Shown one piece after another: positions 38,276 through 55,234 of a stretch of DNA of 63,596 nt. Under the pieces are notes generated by a model. It was given only the letters and a program-made list of their open reading frames with translations. It did not search any database and was not told the DNA's origin. The DNA lies in the NCBI GenBank assembly GCA_000388065.2, contig KB932202.1; one strand, given 5' to 3'. The DNA comes from Fonticula alba ATCC 38817 (lineage: Eukaryota; Protista; Nucleariida). The stretch's first letter is position 1. Each line of letters starts with the position of its first letter. A program made the translations under genes and the position numbers.

Positions 38276-41200
38276 CCCGGCCCCGGCGCCGCGTCAGCGC
38301 CCGGCCTTCTTCCGGGTGTCCTCGCAGGCGGACTTCTCGGCCCCGCCGGCCGGAGTGTCGGCCGACGCCACCACCACCCCCTTCGTCTATACGCTGGTGG
38401 TCTTCCCGGAGGCCGGGGGCCATGCCGCGCCGCTGGTCCTGCGGTACATCCTGCTGGTCAGCAACCTGGCCCATGTGTCGCCGCTCCTGCGCGATGAGGC
38501 CCTGTACACCCTGTCGTCCAAGTGCAATGGGCACCTGGCGTCGCCGGCGCTCGAGGAGCCGGTTGTGCCCCGGGCACCGACGGCCGGCCCGGTACGCGAG
38601 GAGTCGCCCGGTGACTCGGTCGCCACGCTGGCCGGGCTGCCGGCCGTGGCCGCGCACTTTGCGGCCCTGCTGTCGGCCTCGGCCGGCGGGGATCTCCCCC
38701 GGGTGGAGGCCCTGCTGGGGGCCCGGGTGGATGCCCTGGCCGCCGAGGTCGGCGCCGCCCGGGGCCCGGTCCTGCAGGCGCTGCTCAACCGCCGGGACGC
38801 GGTGTCCGGCGAGACGCCGCTCTTTGCCGCGTGCGCGCGCGGCCATGCGGCCGTGGTGGACCTGCTCCTGGGCCAGGACCAAACAAACGTCAACTACCCG
38901 GCCCGGCTGCCGCTGCATGTGCCCTACTCCTCGTCGGACCCGCTGTTCATGGGGCCGATCTTGCCCGGGGCCGCGAGCGTGGCCGCCACCGGGGCCGGCC
39001 CCGGCGGCGCCGGGTCCACGTGCCACCCGTCCCGCGAGTACTACCGCTTTGAGCGGGTATGGTCGCCGCTCTTCGGGGCGGTGGCCTTCGGCCGGGCGGC
39101 CGTGGTCCGGCGTCTGCTGCAGGACGACCGGCTGCGGCTGTCGCGCTCCGGCGCGGCCGGCCCCCACAAGCGCGGGTCCCTGCCGGCGGAGCTGTGGCTG
39201 CGCAACCGGGTGACCTCGCTGGAGGAGGAGCTGCCCTTTGCGTTGGAGTACGCGCGCCGGGTGCTGGCCACGCCGGCCGCCTTCGGCCGGATTGCCGGCT
39301 GCCTCGGGGGGTCGATCTGCTCGGACCCGGCGGCCGCGGCGCAGGTGGTGGCCGACCTGACCGCGGCCGCCGGGCGGCTGGTGCCCCGGTGCCCGGCCCT
39401 GGCGGATGTTCTGCCGGGGGCGGTGCCGGCACCGGACGCCGCGGACCCCGGGGTCCCGCGGCTCACCCTGCGCCCCGGGTCCGGGGCCGAGCCCTCGCTC
39501 CTGCGCATCATGGCCGACCTGGACCTCCGGTCGCCGGCCCTGCTGTACTACTTCCACGAGCGGGCCATCGGCCTGAGCCGGCTGTTCGCCGCGTCGACCG
39601 GGTGCTGCTTGGCGCACGCCTCGCGGCTGATGCTCCGTCGTGAGGCCGATGTGGACCTCTTCCCGGGGCCCCCCTCGGCCGGGGACCCGGGGCTCGGAGC
39701 CGGCGGCCAGGCCAAGTTCTGCTGCGCCTTCTTCCGCCAGCTGGCCGTCGATACCCCCGGGCCGCGGATTTCCCCCCGGCGCCTGCGCGGCCTGCTGCTG
39801 GCCGTCCGTGCTCTGGCCTTCGATCCGCTGTGCGACGCGGGCACCTACTCGCACCTGCTCCCCTCGAAGCACCGGCTGCTGCTGGGCTGCGAGACCTTGT
39901 ACGTGTCGCATGTGTGCCCCCCCCCCCGTCTCCCCCCCCCGCGCCCTCCTCTGCCGGGGTCTTCGCCGGCCCTGTCATCCCTCGCCCAGGCTCCCACTAT
40001 GCCGTCCCCCTTCCGTCTTATCGTCCTGTTCCCTCCCCCTCTGACCTTCATGTTTCTGCCTCCCTTTCCTTTCGCCGCTCCTCGGTTTGTGCCTCGCTGT
40101 GTGCGCGCCCCTCCTCGCGTGCGTGCCCATGCTGCCCCTGCCTTGCCCACTGGCTTCACCTCTCCCCCCCTCTCCCTCCCTCTCCCTCTACAGCCTGCAG
40201 AAGGTCCTCAAGAATGTGCGCATCCAATTCGAGCGCGACGAGCTCTGGAATCGGGCCCTCCTGACGGCGGCCGGTGGGTGCCTGCGCACCGACAGTCCCC
40301 CGGTCCCGATGTCCTCGGGTCTGGTGGACTTCCTCCGCGCGGTGGAGGACCTGGGCACCGGGACCCCGCTCGGCCGGCCGCCGGGCTTCCACCACGCGGA
40401 TTTGATGCGGCTGCTGGATTTGTGCCGGCACCGTGCCGCCACCGACATCGACCCCAGCCTGCACGAGCTGGTGTCCATGCTTCCCTGGCCCGGCACGGCT
40501 CTCTTCCTGACCCAGGCCTTCGGGGTACGTTTTCGCCACAGCCCGAAGACATGCCCACGCCCACGCCCATGTCCACGCCCGCTCGTGCACATGCACCCGC
40601 CCGCCCCCCTCCCCCCCCCCCCCCCGCCCCCTCCGCGCCCATACTGACAAGCACTCGGCCATGTGCCCGCGCGCGCCTGTGCGTCCATGCACCCGGGGGA
40701 AATGCAAAACCCCTGCACCAACCACAACACACAAACAACCTGCCCCACTTCGGATCGCAGCCGGCCTGCCTGCACTTGACCGACACCGACGACGCGGCGG
40801 TCCCGCTGGTGGACTTCTCCCTCTCCGGGCTGAGTCTGCCGCCGGGCGAGGCGGCCTTGGGCGGCGATGTGCCGGCCGGGTCGCCGGGCGACCCGTGCCC
40901 CGGGCCCACGCTCCCCGCAAGTGGGCCGCTCCAGGGCGGGCTCCAAACGGGCGGGCTCCTCCGGGCGCCGCTGCCCTCCGGGGGGGCCGGCGCGTCGGCT
41001 CGCTTGCAGCACCATCTCCGGCCCGACTCGCGAGTGGGGTTCCTGCTGGTGCCGCTGGTGCCGGACACGGACCTCCTGCTGGTGGTCCGGTATAGCCTGG
41101 ACGGCCAGCCGCTCGATGTGGCCAACAATTCGCCCGGCCCCACGGGCCCCGGGGCCGGGCCCTGCTCCCCGCGCTATTGCGAGTTTACATTCGTGCGCCG

Positions 41201-41642
41201 GGCACCTGCGCGCGGCGGCGGCGGCGGCGGCGGCGGCGCCAGGGCCTCCGACGGGGCCGCCGACAGCGACAACACCAGCGACATGTGCCAGCGCGAGCTC
41301 CGCCATGTGGGCCGCCTTGTCAACATCCTGTCCTTCCTGCTGTGGCAGCGCCTGCTCCTCGGGCCGCGGCGGCCGGGGGCCGCCGGCCCGGAGCCCGACA
41401 TTTGGGCTCGGCTGGGTGGCCCCGGCGGCGGCCCGGCCGGGTCCTTCGACTTGGCTGGCAGCGCGGCCGCCAGCCCCCCGGCCAGCCCGGCCATCTCCCA
41501 ATCCCCGTCCATGGTGTTCGACCAGGTGGCCGACATGCCGGCCTCGCCGCGCGCCGGGGCCGCCGGGCGGCCGCGCTCCTCCACCGGCTCCGGCCTATCC
41601 GGCCTGCTGGCCGGGCTGTTCCCCTCAGCAGGCCGGCAATGA
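16899..41642 (+). CDS. SZT2: SZT2 orthologue (KICSTOR complex scaffold), very large multi-exon gene interrupted by two N-gaps
   Basis: Ordered similarity to remembered human SZT2: LRLGPNTRCHVHSLRHSIVACLSLSRS; LALAALRILPRDAGRTILLISDG (cf. [21 protein letters not shown]); PFGSVANFEPACFLAQATGG (cf. [20 protein letters not shown]); LVSARLRSGFLIRDVSL (cf. VSVRLREGYSVREVTL); LLLRPGACLEY; STLESVLEADR; C-terminal VNILSFLLWQRLL (cf. VINTACFTLWTRLL). Phase-consistent GT-AG introns checked at 17576-17784, 18251-18523, 18749-18833, 18886-19052 and 39899-40193. Stop TGA 41640-41642. Start ATG provisional because an acceptor-like ctcgcag lies at ~16884. Confidence 0.85.
18265..18480 (+). repeat. Intronic compound microsatellite (TCTCTG/TGTCTC)n followed by (CCCCTCTCG)n
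   Basis: Directly visible within SZT2 intron 18251-18523. Confidence 0.9.
35215..35425 (+). repeat. Intronic compound microsatellite (CT)n/(TTCTCG)n
   Basis: Directly visible between the GTGCGT donor (~35119) and the catag acceptor (~35450) of SZT2. Confidence 0.9.
38665..39135 (+). other. Ankyrin-repeat module (about 3 repeats) inside the SZT2 coding frame
   Basis: LLSASAGGDLPRVEALL; GETPLFAACARGHAAVVDLLLGQDQTNVN; WSPLFGAVAFGRAAVVRRLLQDDRL fit the G-x-TPLH-x-A-x-x-G-H-x-x-V-V-x-x-LL consensus. Confidence 0.8.
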
Positions 41643-41987
41643 TGTGTGGCCGGCTCCGGTGCCGGCCGTGGTTCCCTCTCCCGGGTCCGGGGGAGCTGGG
41701 CTCGGAGGGAAGACAAACAAAGTGTGGTCTATTCAAGGGCGTGAAGCAAGCAATACACCGACACACCCATGCGTGAGCGTGTATGTGCGTGTGTGTGTGT
41801 GTGTGTGTGGGTGCATGGTAACATACGAAAGAGGGGGCTGGGCGGACGGAGGAGGGAAAGGACAGAGGGGGGACGGGAGAAGGACGGGCGGGACCGCCTC
41901 CTCCTCGCCTCACCACACGGCAGGGAAGGGGGGGGGGGGGAAGGGGAGGTGGCATGCGGCGCGGGGAGGATCCGCCAGGCGGGCACA

Positions 41988-44329
41988 TCACTCGTCGGCC
42001 GCCGTGGCGGCCGGGCCGCCGGTGGCCGCTTCCAGCATGGCGATCAGCTTCTCATTGATCTCGGTCAGGTACTGCACATCGGCCCGCAGGGTTTCATTCT
42101 GGGTCTGAAGCTCCAGCAGTTCCTCCGGCTGGGCAGCAGCAGCGACAGGGGCAGCGGGGGTCTTTTTTTCCCCCCCGAACGGCAGGGAGGGCGGAAGGCA
42201 GCCACAGGCGCGTCAGCGGGACATCAGACAAGCACACGAGCAGAAGCCAGGCAGGGGGGGGGGGGGCGGCAGCGAAAAAAGCGGAGAAGAAAGAAGTCAC
42301 ACAGGGGCGGAGCAGGCGACCAAGGCCCACACGGCGGAGAGCCACGTACCGGCTGCTTGTCGGCAACGGCCGCCGGGCCCGGGCGCCCGGCCAGCAGAAG
42401 CGCGGCCGTGGTGCGATCCTCCCACCAGAGAGGCTCAAGGGGCAGAGCCGCGCCGGCCGGACCGGGCGAGTGCCCGGCCACCGGCGCGTGGACCACCCAC
42501 CCGGCCAGGTCCTCCTCGCGCGAGCCGGGAACCGACACCGGCGGGAGGGCCACATGGCGGCGGACTTGCGGAGCGGCCAGCGCCGCGGCATTGCCACCTC
42601 CAGCATGCGAGGAGCCGGCCCCCCCGGCGCCGGCCAGGCGCTCCGGCGTCGGCCGAGCACAGGTGGCCAGGGCCAGCGCCTCGGCCTCCGGACGAGGAAG
42701 CAGCTGCAGGAAGTTCACCGGGCCCGGGCGCTGTGGCAGCGACCGGACCACCTGCCTGGAGACCAGGTCCCACAGAAGCAGCACGCCATCCTGCGACCCG
42801 GAGGCCAGGAAGGCCCCGTCCAGGCTGACCGCCAGCGCGGTCACCGGGGCCTTGTGCACCGTGAGCGCAACGCGCAGGTCCCCCTCCGCCGAGCCGGCGG
42901 CCCAGGACCCGGTGGCATCGGTCAGCCCGCCGGTGGCACCGCCGTCCCCATCGGACGCCAGGCTGACACCGCGCGCCAAAATCACCCGGTAGATGTGCCC
43001 ATCATGGCAGCCAGCCCACACGGCCCCGGTGGACGGCTCGAACACCAGCGACAGGGCCACCGACGGCAGGTTGTACGTGAAGAGAAGGGCCCCCGTGGCC
43101 AGGTCCCACATCTGCCAGGCGGCCCATGACCCGACGGCCGGCAGGGGAAGCGCGTGCAAAGGTGGCGTCAGCATGTGGGGGCGTGTGCAGGCCAGCGGCG
43201 GCTTCGCCTGCCTGCCTGCCCCTCGTGGTGCCGAGGCCGGATACATGGAGGCCGCAGCCAGGAGCCGAGGGATGTGCACGCACCTTCAGGGTCTTGTCAT
43301 GGGAGGCCGACAGGACGCGAGCCGAGTTCAGCCCGCCCGGGGTCAGGGCCACCGCCGAGATGGGCAGCGAGTGCTGCGAGGACCAGGCATGCCGAGGAGG
43401 GACACTGGCCTCATCGGCGGCCCCGGCACCGACAGCATTGCGCGCGATGGCATTGAACACGCCCACCAGGGACCAGGCAAAGACCGAGGAGTCATCCGAG
43501 CCGGACACAAACCCCAGCGAATCGTCGGTCCACTGGATGCATGTCACCCGGGCGTAGTGCGCATCCCACGACTGCACAAGGGCCCCGGTGCCGGACTGTT
43601 CCCGCGGCGAGATCGAGCCCGTCCGTTGGTCAGTATTTCAGGGGGCCAATGGTGGGGTATGGATGTGCGTGCGACCGGGCGAGTGAGCGAGGGAATGAGC
43701 GTGTGGATTGCAGACGCACGCGGCATGCAATGCACACACACACACACACACACACACTCACGCGCTCACCGCCACCCCCCTGACACACTTGCACACTTGC
43801 ACGCCCACACAGAACAGAAGACAAGAGCAAAGACATGGTCACGTACATCCCACAGATACAGCCGGCCAGAGGCGCCGCCGGCCACGGTCCATGCGCCACA
43901 GGGCGACCGCGCCAGGCAGGCCAGGCGCTCCGGGCCGATGGCCCGGTCCACCGGTGCCTGGCGATCCCACCGCCACGCTTGCATGATGCGATTGTGCGAG
44001 GAGATGGCCACCAGCGGCGCGGCGGCCAAGAAGCAGGGGGGCATCTGCGGCGTCGGGGCCGGGGCGCCGGCCGTTTCCGGGACCAGCGTGGCCAGCGGCA
44101 TGGCCAGCGGCACGCGCAGCACCGACACACACCCCGGGTCCACGAGCAGCGGGCCGAAGGTGCCGAGCGGCGCGCCAGAGGGCACCTCCAGCAGGCTGAC
44201 CACCGCGTCCGGGCCGATGTGCGTGCTGTTTGACGAGACCACCACACCGGGCGGGGCCCCGTGGCCAATCGCCAGGGCGAACTCCAGCGGAGAGCGGCCA
44301 GCCACCTGGGACAGCAGACCCGCGGACAT
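41988..44329 (-). CDS. WDR18: WD40 protein WDR18/Ipi3 (Rix1 complex, pre-60S processing), about 4 exons
   Basis: AGGASGRLYLWD; SGTGALVQSWDAHYARVTCIQWTDDSLGFVSGSDDSSVFAW; HAWSSQHSLPISAVAL; RVLSASHDKTLK|IWDLATG; HKAPVTALAVSLDGAFLASGSQDGVLLLWD; C-terminal coiled-coil-like ELQTQNETLRADVQYLTEINEKL. ATG 44329, TGA 41990-41988. Confidence 0.87.
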
Positions 44330-45523
44330 GTGCGGCGAAGGGGGGCGCGGCGCGGAAGCGGGGCGAAGGGGGCGGGAGGAGGGGGAGAGAAGGAGGAGGG
44401 GGAGGAGGAGGGCGGGGATCCACGCGAAGCGGATTGCGCAGGGGGCCGGAGGAGAGCCGGGAGTGGGAGGGAGGGGGCGGGGAGGAAAGGCAGAGGGGGC
44501 GGGGGGGGGGGGGGGGCCGTGTTTGGGCGAGCCAGGGCAGATCGCTGGGGTCCACCCACGGCGCAGATCTAGCACCAGGCGGGACGGGAGCGCGCGGGAG
44601 GGAACACCACGCCGGGCGCCATCGCACACGCGCGCGCCGCCGCCGCCGCCGCCGCCGCCACCGCCGCCGCCGTCTCCCGGCTGGCGCGCTCGCACACGCC
44701 CACCCGGCCACGAGAGCGCCGGCAGGCATGTTCCCGCGCGCGAGCCGGCCGGCGTCCAGCGGGCGCGTGGTGTCGAGCCCCATCCGTCGGCACGCTGCCG
44801 CCCATGCAGGCGGCTTAACTCGGGCGCCGATTAAGCCCGGACATGATCGCCGGCAGGTGGTCCGGCTTTAGGTTCGGCCTGGGGCCTGCGTTGGGGGCTG
44901 CGGCCCCGCGGCTCGGGGCCTCCTGCCGGCTGCGGCCCGGGCCGCCATCACCGCGACCCGCCGCGCGGCCCTCCCCCCCCCCCCCCCCGGGTGCCCCCCT
45001 GCCACCGGAGTGCATGGGGGGGGGGGCGGGCGGGCGGCGAGGAGAGGGGCTACACAGGCGACACGACCATTGCACTCGGGTCTCGAGGCGCGAGCGTGCG
45101 TGCGTGCATTCGCATGCGCATGCGCAAGGGGAACGGCGAGGTTCTCTGCCACATGCGTGGCGATGCGTTGGCTAGGAGCCTGGTCGGCGCCCTTTTTCGG
45201 ACCCCATAGACACGGGGGTGATCCACGCGAGGGGACCGGCACCTGCTCCTCCTCCCCCCCCCCCTTTCCCTCTTCCTGCCTCCCTGCCCTGCCCGTGTCG
45301 CCTGCCGCTGTCGCGCGTCTCCTCCACCGCCCGCACGCCCGCCTCCCTCTTCCCCCCTCCTGATCTCCTGCTCGCACATCCACAGGGCGCGCTCGCCTGT
45401 CGCAGTTGGTCGCGCACCCCCCTCCGCCGGGGCCTCCGTCGGCCGCTTTCCCGTTCCCCCCTCCCCTCGCTCCTCCTGTCCCCTCCCCCCGTGCCCCGCG
45501 TAGACACGCCCCGCGCGGCCGCC
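44330..45523. promoter_or_regulatory. Divergent (probably bidirectional) promoter region between WDR18 and POLR3B
   Basis: Start codons point away from each other about 1.2 kb apart. Contains the palindrome TGCGCATGCGCA (45115-45126) and an inverted repeat GGCTTAA..TTAAGCC (44812-44837). Confidence 0.55.
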
Positions 45524-51291
<5,768 letters not shown>

Positions 51292-51943
51292 NNNNNNNNN
51301 NNNNNNNNNNNNNNNNNNNNNNNNNNNNNNNNNNNNNNNNNNNNNNNNNNNNNNNNNNNNNNNNNNNNNNNNNNNNNNNNNNNNNNNNNNNNNNNNNNNN
51401 NNNNNNNNNNNNNNNNNNNNNNNNNNNNNNNNNNNNNNNNNNNNNNNNNNNNNNNNNNNNNNNNNNNNNNNNNNNNNNNNNNNNNNNNNNNNNNNNCCCC
51501 TTCCCAGCGCACCATCTTCATAGACTTCTGCCCCGCTGCGGTGGCCCCCTCCCTCCTTGCTGTGTGCGGGCGCCTGCGCAGGGCAGGAACCACGCCCGCG
51601 GTGTGTTTCCCCGCCCACGGCCTTCCCTCTTCCCCCTTTGCTCCTCCCTTTCGCTCCCTGTGCCACACGTATTCCCCTCCTGTAATAAATCCCAAAAAAA
51701 AGGAAACCCCCACACCTCGCCCTGCACCTATGCCAGCCACATATGCCGGCCATCGGAAAGACACACATGCACAGACACAGGGAACCAAAGGAGAAAGGGG
51801 CCCTCCCCCACGCCGGCCGGCGCGCAAGTCGCCGTACCTCGGCCGCAGGGGAGGATGGCAGGGAAAAATCTAGTGTGCCGCAAGGGCGAGAACAAGGAAG
51901 AGAGGGAAACAGAGGAAGGGACATCGGCGAGAATGGTCGACCA

Positions 51944-53018
51944 TCAGGCGGACGACCCAGCGGACCGGGAGGCATGATACTTTTGCACCCGGGCCACGAG
52001 CGACGCCCTGCCAGGGAGTACCAGCTCACTGGGCGAGGGGGGCCGGTCGGCCGGTCGCCGGATGTATGCATTTTGAAGGAGGGTCTCGGCAGAGGGCCGC
52101 TGGGGGGGGGGGGGGGGGAGAGGGAAGCGAGTCAGCGAAAGTGGGCGATGCAAGGGGACCAATGGCTCGGGAAGGGGGGCACGCGTGCCGGACGAGCCGT
52201 ACCGTCCGGTAATCCTTCTGCAAACACTGAGAGACAAACTCACGAAACTCGGTGCTTGCGTCGGGGCCAGACCCCGTCGCGGAGGGGGCGGTGGATGGGG
52301 GCCCAGCGCGGCCGGTGACACCGCCGCCGCGCGAGTCGGCCGGCGATGACCGCCGGCCAGCTGCTCCGGGAACCGGCGGCGGCTCACGCACGATCGCATA
52401 CAGCGCGCGCATCGGATGCAAGTCCGCATGGGGCGGGCGCCCATCGAACAGCTCGATGGCTGTGATGCCCACCGACCAGATGTCAGCCTGGCGGCGGCGG
52501 CGGGGGGGGGTCACAACCACCGGCAGCAACAGAGAAGGGGAGAGGGGGGGCCGGCGGAGGGAGGGGAAGGAACACATGTCAGCTTGGGTGCACACACGGA
52601 CGGCGGGAATGCATGGCCAGGACGAGGGGACATACACGTGTGTCATAGCCAACGTGGGTGATCACCTCCGGGGCCATCCAGGCCGGGGACCCGGCGAAGG
52701 TGGATCGCCGGGCCAGCGACCCGCCAGACAGCTCACTGGCCACTCCGAAGTCGCAGAGCTTCACCTCGCCCCCGAGCGACAGGAGGATATTGGCGGCCTT
52801 CACGTCTCGGTGCATCTTCCGCTCCCGGTGGAGGTAGAGCAGCCCACGCAGGACGCCGGTCATGACAATGGCGATCTCTGGCTCGGAGAAGGGGCCGGTG
52901 TGCTGAAGCTGGGTCGGCATGGGGGGGAGGGGGCGGTGAGTGAGCGAGCGAGCGAGCGAGAGAGAGAGAGAGAGAGAGAGAAGGAGAGGGAAAAGACATA
53001 AAAGAAAGGGAAGACAGG

Positions 53019-53061
<43 letters not shown>

Positions 53062-55196
53062 CACGCACCAGATCAAAGGCAGAGCCGCCGTTGACATACT
53101 CCATGACAATCCACAGCTGCTGACGATTGGCCGTGCGCCACGCACCATGGTACTTGGTGATGTGCGGCGACTCGACCTTCGACAGGAAGGCAATCTCCCG
53201 GCGAACGGCAGCCAGGGCCCCTCGCGAGGGGGCCGTCGACTCGTCGGCCGCCGAGGACAGGTCCTCCGCCGAGAAGTCCGCCCGACCAAGGGCTGGCAGA
53301 CCACCGTCGGCCGGCCCGCCAGGCCCACCACCGGGGCCGGCGGTCCCACCGGCAGGGCCACCATTGCCGGCGACCACGGCCACCGCCGCGGCCAGGAGGC
53401 GCTCCGGCCGCGAGGGAGACCCAGCCCCACCGGGCCCGGCGCCCGTGCCCGTCGGCACCAAGGAAATGATCTTGATGGCCACCTGCTTGCGGGTGGTGAT
53501 GTCGGTGGCCTTGAACACCTCGCCGAAGGCCCCGCGGCCTACCCACTGGAGCTGGCGATATCGGATCTCCGGCGGCAGGAGGTGGCGTTCCTCGACGGAG
53601 TCCGAATCCTCGTACTGGTCAGCGACGGCAGCCCCAGCAGCGCCGCCGAGTGTCAGCCGGCCGGCCGCGATGGACGGGCCAGCCGCCGGGGCCGACGAAC
53701 TGCCCACCGGCGCCGGCAAGCTGACCACCGGCGCCGGCGAGCTGACCACCGGCCCGGCTGCCACCACGCCAGGACGAGACACACGAGGGGCTGACGGGGG
53801 GCTGTCTGTCCGCGAGGAGAAAGCCCGGATGAGCTTGGACACGGAGGCACGCGGTTCGACCGGAGACGAGGGGGTCCCCGGGCTGGTGGGCGTCAGGGCC
53901 GTGGGCTGCACAGACCCGGGGCCGGGCCCGGAGCCCGGGGTGGCGCTGGCGGCCGGCCTCGACGGGCCACCCCCGCTGGATGCCACGATTCGAGACAGGT
54001 CCAGCGACGAGGGGGAATAGTCAGCCGAGGCACCGGGCCCAGGGCCTCCGGCCGGGCCAGCTAGCCCCACCCGGCGGGGAGGATACCGCGCGCTGCTGGT
54101 CGGAGTCATTGAGGCGCTGGCGGGGGTCGCAGCCGAGGTACCGCCAGTCTTCTGGCCCACATCCCCAGGGCCCTTGTCTCGTTGCAGTTGCCCCAGGACC
54201 CGGTGGAAGGGGGTCATACGGTGCCCTGGCGTCCCGGCGCTGCTGGCGGGCCCGGTGGTGCTGGCGGGCCCGGTGGTGCTGGCGGGCCCGGTGGTGCTGG
54301 CGGGCTCGGTGGTGCTGGCGGGCCCGGTGGTGCTGGCAGCCCCGGTGGTGCTGGCGGGCCCGGTGGTGCTGGCGGACTGGGTGGCACCGACAACACCGGC
54401 GGCATCGGCAGCACCGACGGCACCAGCGCCAGGGGCAGAGGCAGTAACCTTGTCACCCGCCCCGGAGCCGCGCGGAGTGACCACTTCGTCGGCCGACATC
54501 TCGGCCAGAGACAGCTCGTCATACGACGACCCGGAGGACGACATCGACGAGAGGACCACATTCCGGGACAGCCGATGGGATTCGCGCTCGCCGGGGCCCG
54601 GGGGGGGCGCCGGCTCGGCCAGCGCCTGCGACATGGCATCCGTGTCGGCGAGCAGGCGCAAATGCATGTCGGAAATGGGGAAGCTGTGGCGATTGCGCGA
54701 GGAAGTTTGCGAAGAGCCTGACCCACCGGACAGGGCCACCGTGGCCAGGAAGGGCGACCCACTGGGGACACTGGACAACGACGAGCAGGAGGTCGACGGG
54801 CTGAGGGACACCAGGGAGGTCGGCGAGCAGGAGGCCGAGGACAGCGGCGAGGACAGCCGCATGGACCCGGACAGCGGCGATGAGGGGGACATCAGCGAGG
54901 TGAAGGACCCATACAGGCCGCTGGTGCTGCCGCCAACCGAAGCCCCAGCCGAAGCCCCACCGGCGGCCACCCCGAAGGTGTGACCCACCGGCGAGGACAG
55001 CGAGAAGATGGACGATTCGCTGGAGGTGCTGGCCATCAGCGATGTCACCGACCCCGTCAGCAGGGAGGTGTAGGCCTCGGTCGAGGCGGACGTGGGCCGG
55101 CTGCCGGCGCTGGCCCGATCCCGCCGGGGCTGCTGGAGATTCGGCTCGCTGCCGGCCCCGGCCAGGGGCGATGGCCGCCCCGATGGGGGAGGCCCG

Positions 55197-55234
<38 letters not shown>

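Noticed and set aside
27972-39911. Long antisense ORFs (27972-31094, 31091-32884, 36075-37787, 37839-39911)
   Set aside because: Arg/Gly/Ala-rich shadow frames opposite SZT2 exons, with no conserved motifs.
54242-54374. CRISPR-like array
   Set aside because: Head-to-tail repeat with no spacers, in frame within a eukaryotic exon, and no cas genes.
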